Translations under genes and position numbers: made by a program | NCBI GenBank assembly: GCA_965224245.1 | Contig: OZ245046.1 | Span: 6,336,001 to 6,400,000 of the forward strand | Source of the DNA: Candidatus Eiseniibacteriota bacterium | GTDB taxonomy: Bacteria; Eisenbacteria; RBG-16-71-46; CAZAMP01 | DNA length: 64,000 nucleotides | Direction: 5' to 3' | Notes under the pieces: generated by a model | Database searches by the model: none | Seen by the model: only the letters and a program-made list of their open reading frames with translations | Told to the model about the DNA's origin: nothing | Shown: positions 7,949 to 17,714 of the stretch, piece by piece | Position numbering within the stretch: the first letter of the stretch is position 1 | How the letters are laid out: each line of letters begins with the position of its first letter

Positions 7949-10945
7949 GTGAGTCCGCTATACTCGGACGCGTCGATCGGTCGGATCCGGCCGTCCGATC
8001 GGGGACACCCGGGATCCCAGGAGTACGGCATCGACTCGTCCGACGACAAGACCGACCTCGTCAATGCGCTCTTCTTCCGACTCCTCGAGGCCGCGCCGGC
8101 CGACCGCGCCCGCCTGCTCGACGAGGCCTGCGCCGGCAAACCCTCCCTCCGATCGGACATCGAGTCGCTCCTCGCCGCGCACGCGTCGGCCGGCGGATTC
8201 CTCGAGGCGCCGGCGCTGGAGGAGAACCTCGCGTCGCCTTCCTCGCCCGGGAAGGCCGATGCCGCGGGTCACCTCGGGCGGACCATCGGTGCCTATCGCC
8301 TGGAGCGGGTGCTCGGCGCCGGCGGGATGGGGACGGTCTATCTCGCCGAGCGCGCGGATGCGGAGTTCGAGCACCGGGTGGCAATCAAGCTCATCCGGCC
8401 CGGGCTCGGCACCGAGGACATCCTGCAGCGGTTCCGCAACGAGCGTCAGGTGCTCGCGCGCCTCGAGCACCCGAACATCGCCCGTCTGATCGACGGCGGA
8501 GCCACCGACGATGGACAGCCCTACCTCGTCATGGAGTACGTCGACGGCGAGCCGATCGATCGCCACTGCAAGAACCGGCGGCTCTCGCTTCGCGATCGGC
8601 TCGATCTGTTTCGCACGGTCTGCTCCGCGGTGCACTATGCCCACCAGAACCTCATCGTTCACCGCGATCTCAAGCCAAGCAACATCCTGGTGGACACGTC
8701 GGGACGGGTGAAGCTGCTCGACTTCGGCGTGGCCAAGATGATCGGCACCGACGATGGCGACGCAGGCGGCGCCGAGATGCACGACGTCACGCTGACCGGG
8801 CAGCGCGTCCTCACACCGCGATATGCCAGCCCCGAGCAGGTGCGCGGCGAGCCGGTCTCGACCGCGAGCGACGTGTACTCGCTCGGCGTCGTGCTGTTTC
8901 AGCTCCTGACCGGGGAGCTGCCGTACCGCCCCGCGACCACATCTCCCCGCGATCTCGAGCGCGCGATCTGCGAGGACGAGCCCACGCGACCCAGCACCGC
9001 GGCCCGCGACGCCGACCGCGACGCCGCCGGGCTCCCCGAGGAGCAGGCCGTCCTCGCCAGCCGACTCAGCGGCGACCTCGACACCATCCTCCTCATGTCG
9101 CTGCGCAAGGAGCCCGAGCGCCGCTACGGATCCGCCCGCGAGCTCGCCGACGACATCCGCCGGCACGAGGACGGGTTCCCGGTCCTGGCCCGCCCGGACA
9201 CGCTGCGCTATCGCGCGGAGAAGTTCGTGCGGCGCAATCGCGTGCTCGTGGGATCGCTGGTCGTGGTGTTCCTGGCGCTCGCCATCGCCGTCGTGGTCAG
9301 CACCGCCGCGTTCATGCGCGCCGAGCGCGAACGCGAGCGTGCCGAGATGGCCAGGGCGAATGCGGAGCGTCGGTTCGATCAGGTCCGCCGGATGGCCAAC
9401 GTGATGCTGTTCGACATCCACGACGCGATCGAGAAGCTGGAGGGCGCGACCCCGGCCCGGAAGCTCCTCATCGAGAACGGACTCGCGTACCTCGACAGCC
9501 TGTCGAACGACGCGAGCGACGATCCGGAGCTCCTGTTCGATCTCGCCGAGGGCTACAAGCGGCTCGCGGCGCTCCAGGGCATCTGGACGATCGGAAACCT
9601 CGGTGACTTCGCCGGCGCGCTCACGAGCTACCGCAAGGCCGAACGCCTGCTCATGCGGCGGCTGGAGAACGACGTCGATCCCTTCGAGACCAGGCAGTCG
9701 CTCATCGGAATCTACCGTGGCATGGCCGACGTCGAGGCGAAGCTCGGCCACCAGGCGCTGGCGGTGGAGACCTACGAGAAGCAGATCCGTATCGCCGACG
9801 AGCTCGGGCTGTCCAGGCAGGACAGCCGCCCCAGCCAGCGTCTCCGGTACGTGGGACGCATGCAGCTGGGCAAGGTGCTCAACGAGATGGGACGTCCGGA
9901 CGCCTCGCTCGCCGCCTACAGCGCCGCCTCCAGGATCCTGGACACACTCCGGACGCGGGATCCCGACTTCACCGAGTTCGACCGCGATCGCTACATCATC
10001 CACGACCGAATCGGGCTCCTGCGCGCGGCGCGTGGCGAGTTCCCCGAGGCCGTGGCCAATCTGCGCGACGCCCACGTTATCGTCGCGCGTCTCATGGAGG
10101 CCGACCCGAGCAACGCGCAGTTCAGGAGCGACCTCAGCCAGGTGTACTGGTCGATGTCGGAGATCCAGCGACAGGCCGGCGAGCTGGACTCCGCGCTCGT
10201 CTACATCCGTGGATCCCTGGCCATCGACGAGGCGATCTTCGAGGCCGACCCGGAGAATCGTCTGTTCCGATCCTACGTGAGCTCGGGCCACGAGACGGTG
10301 GGCGACATTCACGTCGCCCTCGGCGACACGCTGGCCGCGGCGCGAGCCTACGGACGCTCGTTCGAGCTGCGTCGCGCGATCGGGGGACCGGATGCCGCCT
10401 TCGCCGGCCGGCTGGACCTCGTGCTGGTGCAGCAGAAGCTCGCCGACCTCCAGACGCGCGCGGGCCGGCCACGCGACGGACACGATCTCTTCGTCGAGGC
10501 GGTGGCCATGGGGCAGCGGCTGACCGCGGAGGACTCGACGAGCGTCCGCGCTGCCCGCGCGCTCGTGGAGGGATACCATGGCCTCGGACGCGCGCGTCGC
10601 GACCTGGGCGACCTGGATGGCGCCGACGACGCCCTGCGCGCGTCGCACGCGCTTGCCGTGGATCTCATCGATCGCTGGCCGGACGCGACGTGGCCGTTCG
10701 AGCTGGCGATGGCCGCCGGGCGGGACCTCGGCCGACTGCACGAGCGACGCTCGCACGAGACCGCCGCAGGCGCCGCGCGCGCTGCCGCACTGGTCGAGGC
10801 CCGGCGCTGGTTCGACGTCGGCCGCGCGCTGGCGGACTCCGCCGCGTCACGTGGACACGCCAGCCCGGCGCTCACGTCCGCCGGCCGCGAGCTCGCCGCG
10901 GACGTTTCGCGATGCGATCGCGCGATCGCCGCGGCCGGGCGCTGA
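7949..10945 (+). CDS. Ser/Thr protein kinase with N-terminal helical extension, TM segment and TPR-like C-terminal region (ECF partner)
   Basis: LGAGGMGTVY, VAIK, HRDLKPSN, DFG, TPRYASPEQ; N-terminal LF..LLE....R..LL..AC....LR..IESLL; start uncertain (GTG 7949, or in-frame ATC 8030 behind AGGAG). Confidence 0.9.
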   Translation: MSPLYSDASIGRIRPSDRGHPGSQEYGIDSSDDKTDLVNALFFRLLEAAPADRARLLDEACAGKPSLRSDIESLLAAHASAGGFLEAPALEENLASPSSPGKADAAGHLGRTIGAYRLERVLGAGGMGTVYLAERADAEFEHRVAIKLIRPGLGTEDILQRFRNERQVLARLEHPNIARLIDGGATDDGQPYLVMEYVDGEPIDRHCKNRRLSLRDRLDLFRTVCSAVHYAHQNLIVHRDLKPSNILVDTSGRVKLLDFGVAKMIGTDDGDAGGAEMHDVTLTGQRVLTPRYASPEQVRGEPVSTASDVYSLGVVLFQLLTGELPYRPATTSPRDLERAICEDEPTRPSTAARDADRDAAGLPEEQAVLASRLSGDLDTILLMSLRKEPERRYGSARELADDIRRHEDGFPVLARPDTLRYRAEKFVRRNRVLVGSLVVVFLALAIAVVVSTAAFMRAERERERAEMARANAERRFDQVRRMANVMLFDIHDAIEKLEGATPARKLLIENGLAYLDSLSNDASDDPELLFDLAEGYKRLAALQGIWTIGNLGDFAGALTSYRKAERLLMRRLENDVDPFETRQSLIGIYRGMADVEAKLGHQALAVETYEKQIRIADELGLSRQDSRPSQRLRYVGRMQLGKVLNEMGRPDASLAAYSAASRILDTLRTRDPDFTEFDRDRYIIHDRIGLLRAARGEFPEAVANLRDAHVIVARLMEADPSNAQFRSDLSQVYWSMSEIQRQAGELDSALVYIRGSLAIDEAIFEADPENRLFRSYVSSGHETVGDIHVALGDTLAAARAYGRSFELRRAIGGPDAAFAGRLDLVLVQQKLADLQTRAGRPRDGHDLFVEAVAMGQRLTAEDSTSVRAARALVEGYHGLGRARRDLGDLDGADDALRASHALAVDLIDRWPDATWPFELAMAAGRDLGRLHERRSHETAAGAARAAALVEARRWFDVGRALADSAASRGHASPALTSAGRELAADVSRCDRAIAAAGR

Positions 10946-11081
10946 CCGCGCGCTTCCCGACTTTTCGCACTTTTTGCTTCGGGTTTTCCCCGCGTCCGAC
11001 GCGTGAGTGGTTCGAGCGAGCCCGGCCCCAGGCCGAGGTTCCCACCGACGACCACCACCAGACGACGACGAGGGAGATCTC

Positions 11082-14000
11082 ATGAACTGCAGAATCGCAC
11101 TGGCAATCGCGGTAACCCCGCTTCTGTTAACGACTTCGACTGCCGGATGGGCGGCCACGCTCCACGTGGACGGCTCGGCCACCGGCGCCGACGACGGCTC
11201 TTCCTGGGCGGACGCTTACGTGGATCTCCAGTCGGCGCTCGGCGCCGCCGTCGCCGGCGACGAGATCTGGGTCGCGGGGGGGACGTACACCCCGACCTCC
11301 GGATCGGACCGGACCGCCACCTTCGAGCTGGTCGACGCCGTGGCCTTGTACGGAGGCTTCGCCGGAACCGAGACCACCGTCGGTGAGCGCGACATCGAGG
11401 CCAACCTGACCGTGCTCAGCGGCGACCTGGGCGTCCTCGACGACGCAGCCGACAACAGCTACCACGTGGTCACCATCCCCTTCGGGACGATCACGGCCAC
11501 CGTGCTCGACGGCTTCCGCATCGTCGACGGCATGGCCGACGGCGGCGTCCTCGACGCCGACGGCGCCGGCATGCACGTGCGCGGAGCGGCCACCATCGTC
11601 AACGTCGCCTTCCTCGACAACGAGGCCGCCGGCAACGGCGGTGGCCTCTACGCCCAGGGCGCGACCGTCTCCTTGTCGAACGTGCGGTTCGTCGCAAACC
11701 TCGCCGACGACGGCGCAGGGATGTACTCCTCCGGGAGCAACTTCCTTCTGGACGGCGCGCGGTTCGTGGACAACGAGGCGACGAGCAACGGAGGCGGGAT
11801 CTCGAAGTCCGGAGGCGATGCCACGCTGAGTGACGTCGACTTCGACGGGAACTCGGCCGGCAACGACGGCGGCGGGCTGCGGACGGGAACCGGCACCGTG
11901 ACGCTCGATCGGATCACGTTCGAGAGCAACAGCGCCGCCTACGGTGGAGGTCTCAACGCCTCGCTCACTTCGGGCACTCCGAAGATGTCGAACCTGGTCT
12001 TCGTGGGCAACTCGGCCGACTACGGCGGTGGCATGCATTTGACGAGCACGGACGTAGCCATGTGCAACGTGACCTTCCACGACAACAGCGCCGTCAACAC
12101 CGGCGGCGCCATGCGGCTCAGCTCCAGCGACCCGCTGGTGACGAACGCGGTGATGTGGGGGAACAGCGCTCCCACGTATTCGGAGGTCGAGTCGATCGGC
12201 TCGGACCCCGTGTTCGCGTACTCCCTGATCGCCGGCTCGGGCGGGAGCGGCACCGGCTGGGACGCGGCGCTCGGCACGGACGGTGGCAACAACATCGACA
12301 CCGATCCGCTCTTCGTGGACGCCACCAGCGGCGACCTGAGGACGGTACCGTCCTCGCCGGCGTTCGAGTCTGGCACGGGCGCACCGGCGGGGATCGCGCT
12401 TCCGGCCACCGATCGCGACGGCAACCCGCGTTTCGCCGGCGCTCAGGTCGACATGGGAGCCTACGAGATGGTGATCCTGTGCCCGTCGAGCGAGATCCTC
12501 TACGTAGACGCGGACGCCACCGGCGCCGGGACCGGTGACTCCTGGTCCGACGCGTTCACGGACCTCCAGGACGCGCTCGCGATCGCCCCGCACTGTGCGC
12601 TCGTGGAGGAGATCTGGGTGGCCGAAGGGACCTACCTGACGACCTCGACCACCGACCGGTCGCGCTCGTTCGTGATGGTCGACGGGATCGGCATCTACGG
12701 CGGCTTCGACGGCACCGAGGTCCTCCGCGACGAGCGCGAGGTCACCGCCCACAGCACGGTTCTCAGCGGCAAGATCGGTGACCCCGGCGACGAGACCGAC
12801 AACAGCTACCGCGTGGTCGATGACGCGGGCGTCGGCTCGACCGCCACCCTCGACGGCTTCACCATCACCGGCGGCTACGCCGACGACGCCGTGGTCAACG
12901 ACGGCGCCGGCATCCGCGTCGCCGGGAGCACGGTGCTCGAGAACCTCATCATCCTCTCGAACGACGCCACGGGCACGGGCGGCGGGATTCTCTTCGACGA
13001 CAGCGACGCCACGGTGACGAACGTGGTGGTCATCGCGAACTCGGCGGCGGTCGGCGGCGGCCTCTACATCACCTCGGGTAACAACTCCTTCGATGGGGTG
13101 ACGGTCACCTCCAACGACGCCACGAGCAGTGGCGGCGGCATCGAGATCCTCTCGGGGACACAGACCTTCACGGACCTCTCGCTCACGCACAACGTCGCCG
13201 TCGAGAGCGGTGGCGGGGTGAAGATCCACTCGTCGGACACCACGGTCGAGGGCGCGCTGATCCAGAACAACCTCGCCTGGGGTGGCGGGGCCGTGTGTGT
13301 CGGCGGCGGCGTGTACGTGTCCGGAAACGGGGTCGTCGTGCTCAGTGGCGCGGAGCTCGCGAACAACAGCTCCGAGGGTGAAGCCGGAGGTCTCTACGAC
13401 GTCGCCTACGGATCGACCACCGTGGTGAACTCCCTGTTCCTCGACAACCTCGCGCTCGAAGAGGGCGGCGCGGTGGTTTTGCGAGGCGCCACGGAGATTC
13501 TGAACTGCACCTTCGCCAGCAACATCGCGGGTACCGAGGGGGGAGCGCTCTATGTGGGCTCGGGCTACAGCCCGATGCTCACCAACAGCATCCTGTGGGA
13601 GAACTTCGCGCCGTTCGGAACCGAGGTCTACGTCGACGGGACACCGACGTTCTCCCACTGTCTCATCGCCGGATCGGGAGGCAGCGGCGCCTTCTGGGAC
13701 GCTTCGATCGGTATCGACGGCGGCAGCAATCTCGACGCCGACCCGCTCTTCGTCGACCTCGCCAACGACGACCCACGCCTCACCTACGGTTCGCCGGCGA
13801 CCGACGTCGGCGACGCGACGGTGGTCGGACTTCCTGCGGACGACCTCGACGGCAACGCCCGCATGTCCGGTGACGGCCTCGACCTCGGTGCATACGAGCT
13901 GGACCTCGGCCTGGATGTCCTGGCCATCGAGGATGTCGCGAACGACCAGGGGCGCAACGTGCGCATTCAGTTCGAGAGCTCGTTCCGCGACGAGGCCGGG

Positions 14001-14807
14001 TCGCTCACACCCATCGTCGCCTACGAGGCGTACCGCCGGAACGACGACCTCCCGGATCCCGACGCCCGCATTCCCGGGTGGGAGTTCGTGGGCTCGATCC
14101 CCGCACACGGCGAGTCGGAGTACCTCATGGTGGTGCCCACGCTCGCGGACTCGACGCTCTCTCAGGGCATGCACTGGACGACGTTCTTCATCCGCGCGGC
14201 GACCGACGATCCCGTGACGTTCTTCGACTCGAAGCCGGACTCCGGATACTCCGTGGACAACCTGGCGCCGGCGCCTCCGGGAAGCCCGCGCATGGCGAGC
14301 CCCGGTCTCCTCGAGTGGGACGATCCGATCGACGCGGACTTCGACTACTTCACGGTGTACGGATCGGAGTCCGACGCGCGCGACGGGAGCGAGGTCCTGA
14401 TCGGCCACACGTCGGAAACGAGCTTGGAGGTGGGCGCATCGAGCTTCTCGTTCTATCTCGTCACCGGCACGGACTTCTCGGGTAACGAGGGTCGGGCAGC
14501 GGCGACCGACGGCCCGTCGGCGGGCGTCGAGGCGCCGGAGGCGCCGATCGTCATGTCCCTCGGGGTACGACCGAACCCCTTCAATCCCACGACGACGATC
14601 CGCTACGCGGTACCCGAGGCGGGCCGCGTGACGCTGGCCGTGTACGACATCCGCGGTCGCCGGCTCGACACGCTGGTGGCCGGAGAGTACCGAGAGCCGA
14701 ACGTGTACGCGGTGCGGTACCAGCCCGAGCTGGCGAGCGGACAGTACTACCTGCGGCTGGAGGTGGGCGGACAGGTTCGTACCCGGACGCTGACCCTGCT
14801 TCAGTAA
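11082..14807 (+). CDS. Large secreted parallel beta-helix (polymorphic-membrane-protein-like) protein with choice-of-anchor-Q-like motifs and T9SS-type CTD
   Basis: RBS GAGGGAG; signal peptide; many GG[GA][LMI]...F..N repeats; two copies of VD..ATG...G.SW.DA..DLQ.AL module and D.DG.PR....VD.GAYE; CTD RPNPFNPTTTIRY...YDIRGR...LASGQYY. Confidence 0.85.
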   Translation: MNCRIALAIAVTPLLLTTSTAGWAATLHVDGSATGADDGSSWADAYVDLQSALGAAVAGDEIWVAGGTYTPTSGSDRTATFELVDAVALYGGFAGTETTVGERDIEANLTVLSGDLGVLDDAADNSYHVVTIPFGTITATVLDGFRIVDGMADGGVLDADGAGMHVRGAATIVNVAFLDNEAAGNGGGLYAQGATVSLSNVRFVANLADDGAGMYSSGSNFLLDGARFVDNEATSNGGGISKSGGDATLSDVDFDGNSAGNDGGGLRTGTGTVTLDRITFESNSAAYGGGLNASLTSGTPKMSNLVFVGNSADYGGGMHLTSTDVAMCNVTFHDNSAVNTGGAMRLSSSDPLVTNAVMWGNSAPTYSEVESIGSDPVFAYSLIAGSGGSGTGWDAALGTDGGNNIDTDPLFVDATSGDLRTVPSSPAFESGTGAPAGIALPATDRDGNPRFAGAQVDMGAYEMVILCPSSEILYVDADATGAGTGDSWSDAFTDLQDALAIAPHCALVEEIWVAEGTYLTTSTTDRSRSFVMVDGIGIYGGFDGTEVLRDEREVTAHSTVLSGKIGDPGDETDNSYRVVDDAGVGSTATLDGFTITGGYADDAVVNDGAGIRVAGSTVLENLIILSNDATGTGGGILFDDSDATVTNVVVIANSAAVGGGLYITSGNNSFDGVTVTSNDATSSGGGIEILSGTQTFTDLSLTHNVAVESGGGVKIHSSDTTVEGALIQNNLAWGGGAVCVGGGVYVSGNGVVVLSGAELANNSSEGEAGGLYDVAYGSTTVVNSLFLDNLALEEGGAVVLRGATEILNCTFASNIAGTEGGALYVGSGYSPMLTNSILWENFAPFGTEVYVDGTPTFSHCLIAGSGGSGAFWDASIGIDGGSNLDADPLFVDLANDDPRLTYGSPATDVGDATVVGLPADDLDGNARMSGDGLDLGAYELDLGLDVLAIEDVANDQGRNVRIQFESSFRDEAGSLTPIVAYEAYRRNDDLPDPDARIPGWEFVGSIPAHGESEYLMVVPTLADSTLSQGMHWTTFFIRAATDDPVTFFDSKPDSGYSVDNLAPAPPGSPRMASPGLLEWDDPIDADFDYFTVYGSESDARDGSEVLIGHTSETSLEVGASSFSFYLVTGTDFSGNEGRAAATDGPSAGVEAPEAPIVMSLGVRPNPFNPTTTIRYAVPEAGRVTLAVYDIRGRRLDTLVAGEYREPNVYAVRYQPELASGQYYLRLEVGGQVRTRTLTLLQ

Positions 14808-14814
14808 TCCTCGT

Positions 14815-14858
14815 GCGCTCACCTCGTCCGTCGCTGCGGGCGCGGGCGAGGTGAGCGC
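14815..14858 (+). terminator. Strong 16-bp hairpin just after the beta-helix gene
   Basis: GCGCTCACCTCGTCCG / CGGGCGAGGTGAGCGC, 8 nt after the TAA stop; weak pyrimidine tail. Confidence 0.55.
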
Positions 14859-15122
14859 CTCTCCCCGCCCCGCCTCGGTCGTGCCAAGCACCGGGGCGAG
14901 TCTGTCGTCGGCCGAGCGCGCGTTGTGTGAGGGCTCGATCACGTTGTCATACTGTAGCTTACGAGCTCCGTGCTAGACTTCCGTCCATGAGCGAATTCAT
15001 CCATCTCCACGCCGCGGATTCTCCTGACGGCGAGACCGAACCCGACCCGCCCTCGCTGCGTCTGGTCCTGTGAAGACATTCAGCCGGTCGGGCGACGGAG
15101 CCCGCCGGTCACCTTCCGGGGG

Positions 15123-15698
15123 GTGATGGACACCGCCAAGCTCCTGACTCGTTGCCGCCAGGGTGACGAGCTCGCCTGGGAAGCGCTCGTGCGACGCCAC
15201 CAGTCACGCGTCTACGGGCTCTGCTTCCACTATCTCGGCGATCGCGAGGAGGCGCGTGACATCGCGCAGGAGGTCTTCGTGCGCGTCTACCTGCATCTCG
15301 ACTCCGTGACCGACCCTGGGCGGTTCCTCCCCTGGCTGATCCGCATCGCGCGCAACGCGTCGCTGGACCGGCTGAGGCGACTGAGGGCCAGGCCGAGCGC
15401 GGACGTTCCCGTCGAAGAGCTCCACGACCTCGCCTCCGACGCACCCCTTCCGGACTCGGTGTGGGAGGGCGATCGTCGCAAGACGCTGGTTCATCGAGCG
15501 CTGGCAGTGATGAGCGAGAAGGGTCGCGACGTCATCGTACTGCGGGAGATGCAAGGGCTGAGCGAAGAGGAAACGGCTCGCGTGCTGAAGATCCCCGTCG
15601 GAACCGTGAAGTCCCGGATGAACAGAGCCCGAACGGAGCTCGCGAAGCACATCCGCGCGATCGGTGACGGCTCGGCGCAGGCTGGGGGTACCTCGTGA
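15123..15698 (+). CDS. ECF sigma-70 factor (SigE/SigW-like)
   Basis: GDELAWEALVRRHQ, EARDIAQEVFVRVY, FLPWLIRIARN, region 4 IPVGTVKSRMNRAR. Confidence 0.9.
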   Translation: MMDTAKLLTRCRQGDELAWEALVRRHQSRVYGLCFHYLGDREEARDIAQEVFVRVYLHLDSVTDPGRFLPWLIRIARNASLDRLRRLRARPSADVPVEELHDLASDAPLPDSVWEGDRRKTLVHRALAVMSEKGRDVIVLREMQGLSEEETARVLKIPVGTVKSRMNRARTELAKHIRAIGDGSAQAGGTS

Positions 15699-16591
15699 GC
15701 TGTCACGACCTCGAGCGGCTGCTCGCCATGTATGTCGAGGGCAAGGTCACCGGTGAGCGGCTCGAGGGCCTCAGGGCGCACCTCGACGAGTGCGAGGCGT
15801 GCAGAGCGCTCGTGGTCGCGGCTACCTACCCCGCGCCCGACGACGCCGAGGTGGCGGGAGAGCACATCGTCGCCGGCGTGATCGCTCGCACGAGCGGCTC
15901 GGTCTGCGGGTCCGCGGAAGCCCGGCTCCCGGCGTTCGTGAAGGCCGAGCTGGATGCCGACGAGGCAGAGCTGGTCGCGATGCACTTGAGTACCTGCGCG
16001 GGCTGCCGCGACCTGGCAATGATACTGAGCTGGTCTCCGCGCGTGTGCCGGGAAATGGCGTTCGTCGAGCCGCCGCCCGGCTTCACGGCCGGCGTCGTTC
16101 GGCTCACCGGTGCAGTGCGATCGCCGCGTGTCTTCGTCAGACGCATCCGCCGAGCGTGGCTCGGCGCGGTCACCCGCCCCAGGTTTGCCGTCGAGCTCGC
16201 CTATGCGGGCGCATTGATCGCCGCGCTTCTCGTCGGCACGCCGAACGCGCCGTTGCGTCCGCTGCTGCCCGAGACGGCTCGGCTGGCCAGTACGAACCTC
16301 GTCGAGGTCGTCGTCGCCGGTGCGGAGGCGGCGGGCGTGGTCGACGCGGCCGTGTCGGCGGCGCACTTCACGTACGAGCAGACGGCCAGTCGCGGCTTTG
16401 CGACGGCACGCGTGGTGGATGATCTCTCGTTGCACGCCGGACCACTCGTGAAGGCGACGACGTCCGGTGACATCGGGGCCGTGGCCGTGCAGCTCGACGA
16501 GGTCGGGGACGATCTGGAGCGACTGCTGCAAGCGATCGGGCGCGGTGTTCCCAGCGACCCCCGATCCACTCATGGAGAGCATGAACATTGA
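15695..16591 (+). CDS. Membrane anti-sigma factor with two zf-HC2 zinc fingers
   Basis: GTGA overlap with the sigma gene; HLDECEAC and HLSTCAGC motifs; TM segment FAVELAYAGALIAALLV. Confidence 0.8.
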   Translation: MSCHDLERLLAMYVEGKVTGERLEGLRAHLDECEACRALVVAATYPAPDDAEVAGEHIVAGVIARTSGSVCGSAEARLPAFVKAELDADEAELVAMHLSTCAGCRDLAMILSWSPRVCREMAFVEPPPGFTAGVVRLTGAVRSPRVFVRRIRRAWLGAVTRPRFAVELAYAGALIAALLVGTPNAPLRPLLPETARLASTNLVEVVVAGAEAAGVVDAAVSAAHFTYEQTASRGFATARVVDDLSLHAGPLVKATTSGDIGAVAVQLDEVGDDLERLLQAIGRGVPSDPRSTHGEHEH

Positions 16592-17184
16592 ACACGATCG
16601 ATGGCGCCCTGACTGAAGCGGTGGGGCAGGAGGAGAAACAGATGAGTCAAGACGACGTGCATACGATGCAGCGACAGGATGACCTCGGTCACCAGGAGCC
16701 GTACCGAACGATCAGAAAACAGAGCCAGAGAAAGTCGGTGGTACTGGCCTGCATCCTCTCGGCGATGCCGGGTCTTGGACAGATCTACGTGGGATACTAC
16801 CAGCGCGGATTCCTGCACGTCCTCGCGTTCGCGTCGATCATCGCGCTGCTCGCCTCCGGGCAGGTCGCCGGGCTCCAGCCGTTCCTCGGGATCTCGCTGG
16901 CGTTTCTGGTCCTCTACAACATCGTGGACGCGGGCCGGCGAGCGGCTCTCTACAACCTCGCGCTCGATGGTCTGAGCCTGGAGCCGCTACCCGAGGACAT
17001 GATGGGGAACCGGGGATCGCTGATGGGCGGTACGATCCTCATCGTGGCGGGTGTGTTGCTCTTTGCCCATCTTCGTTTCGACATGTCACTCGTCTGGCTC
17101 GAGGAGTGGTGGCCGCTCGGCCTCGTTGCGCTCGGCGCGCATCTCGTGGTGCAAGCCAGGCGTGAGCGGAGCAACCGGGAGTAG
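16588..17184 (+). CDS. Membrane protein (TM2-like N-terminus, LiaF/DUF5668-like C-terminus); true start may be ATG 16642
   Basis: KSVVLACILSAMPGLGQIYVG; C-terminal G.ILI..G.LL...WWPL.L..LG; coupled to the anti-sigma gene. Confidence 0.7.
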   Translation: MNTIDGALTEAVGQEEKQMSQDDVHTMQRQDDLGHQEPYRTIRKQSQRKSVVLACILSAMPGLGQIYVGYYQRGFLHVLAFASIIALLASGQVAGLQPFLGISLAFLVLYNIVDAGRRAALYNLALDGLSLEPLPEDMMGNRGSLMGGTILIVAGVLLFAHLRFDMSLVWLEEWWPLGLVALGAHLVVQARRERSNRE

Positions 17185-17455
17185 CCGGACTCCACCATCA
17201 CGCTCGCGATCGGGTACCTCCTCCGGGTGGATGACGCTCTCTCGAAGTGCCCCTGCACTGCACGACCGTCGGGGTCGAGGGGCATGTCGCTCTGCGGTTG
17301 CGCACGGGCGCCTCGAAGTCCACCCGAACCCCATCCGCGACCGTGAGGTCGAGCAGCGGATGCCTCCGAGATCTCGACGACGCGTCACACTGACGTTCGG
17401 GAGTCGCTCCGGCGTCGGCGACGCGGGAAAGCCCAAACGACGGGGCCGCAACCTC

Positions 17456-17497
17456 AACTGGGGCAACGTGCACGATAACTGGGGCAACGTGCACGAT
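17456..17497. repeat. Perfect 21-bp tandem duplication
   Basis: AACTGGGGCAACGTGCACGAT x2. Confidence 0.9.
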
Positions 17498-17714
17498 TTC
17501 TCGGCAGTGAGCTGAACGGGCAGAGACGGCTCTCATCCCCATGCCACTCTACCGGCGCCTCCGCGACGCACGCTCGATGATGCACTTGCATCATTGAGGA
17601 TGTGTTTCGGAGGGGGTTGACTGACCGTCTACACGTCCCAACGCGACGTGACGGATGCCAGCTCGCCCTTCGACCTCTCCGACGAGAGCACGCGGTCACC
17701 GTGGGAGGCTCGTC

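Noticed and set aside
7958-14942. Very long antisense ORFs (7958..10756 and 11127..14942) and many similar shadow ORFs
   Set aside because: They mirror well-supported sense genes, have no motifs, and are expected from GC-rich codon bias.
17456-17497. CRISPR array
   Set aside because: Only two adjacent units, no spacer and no cas genes.
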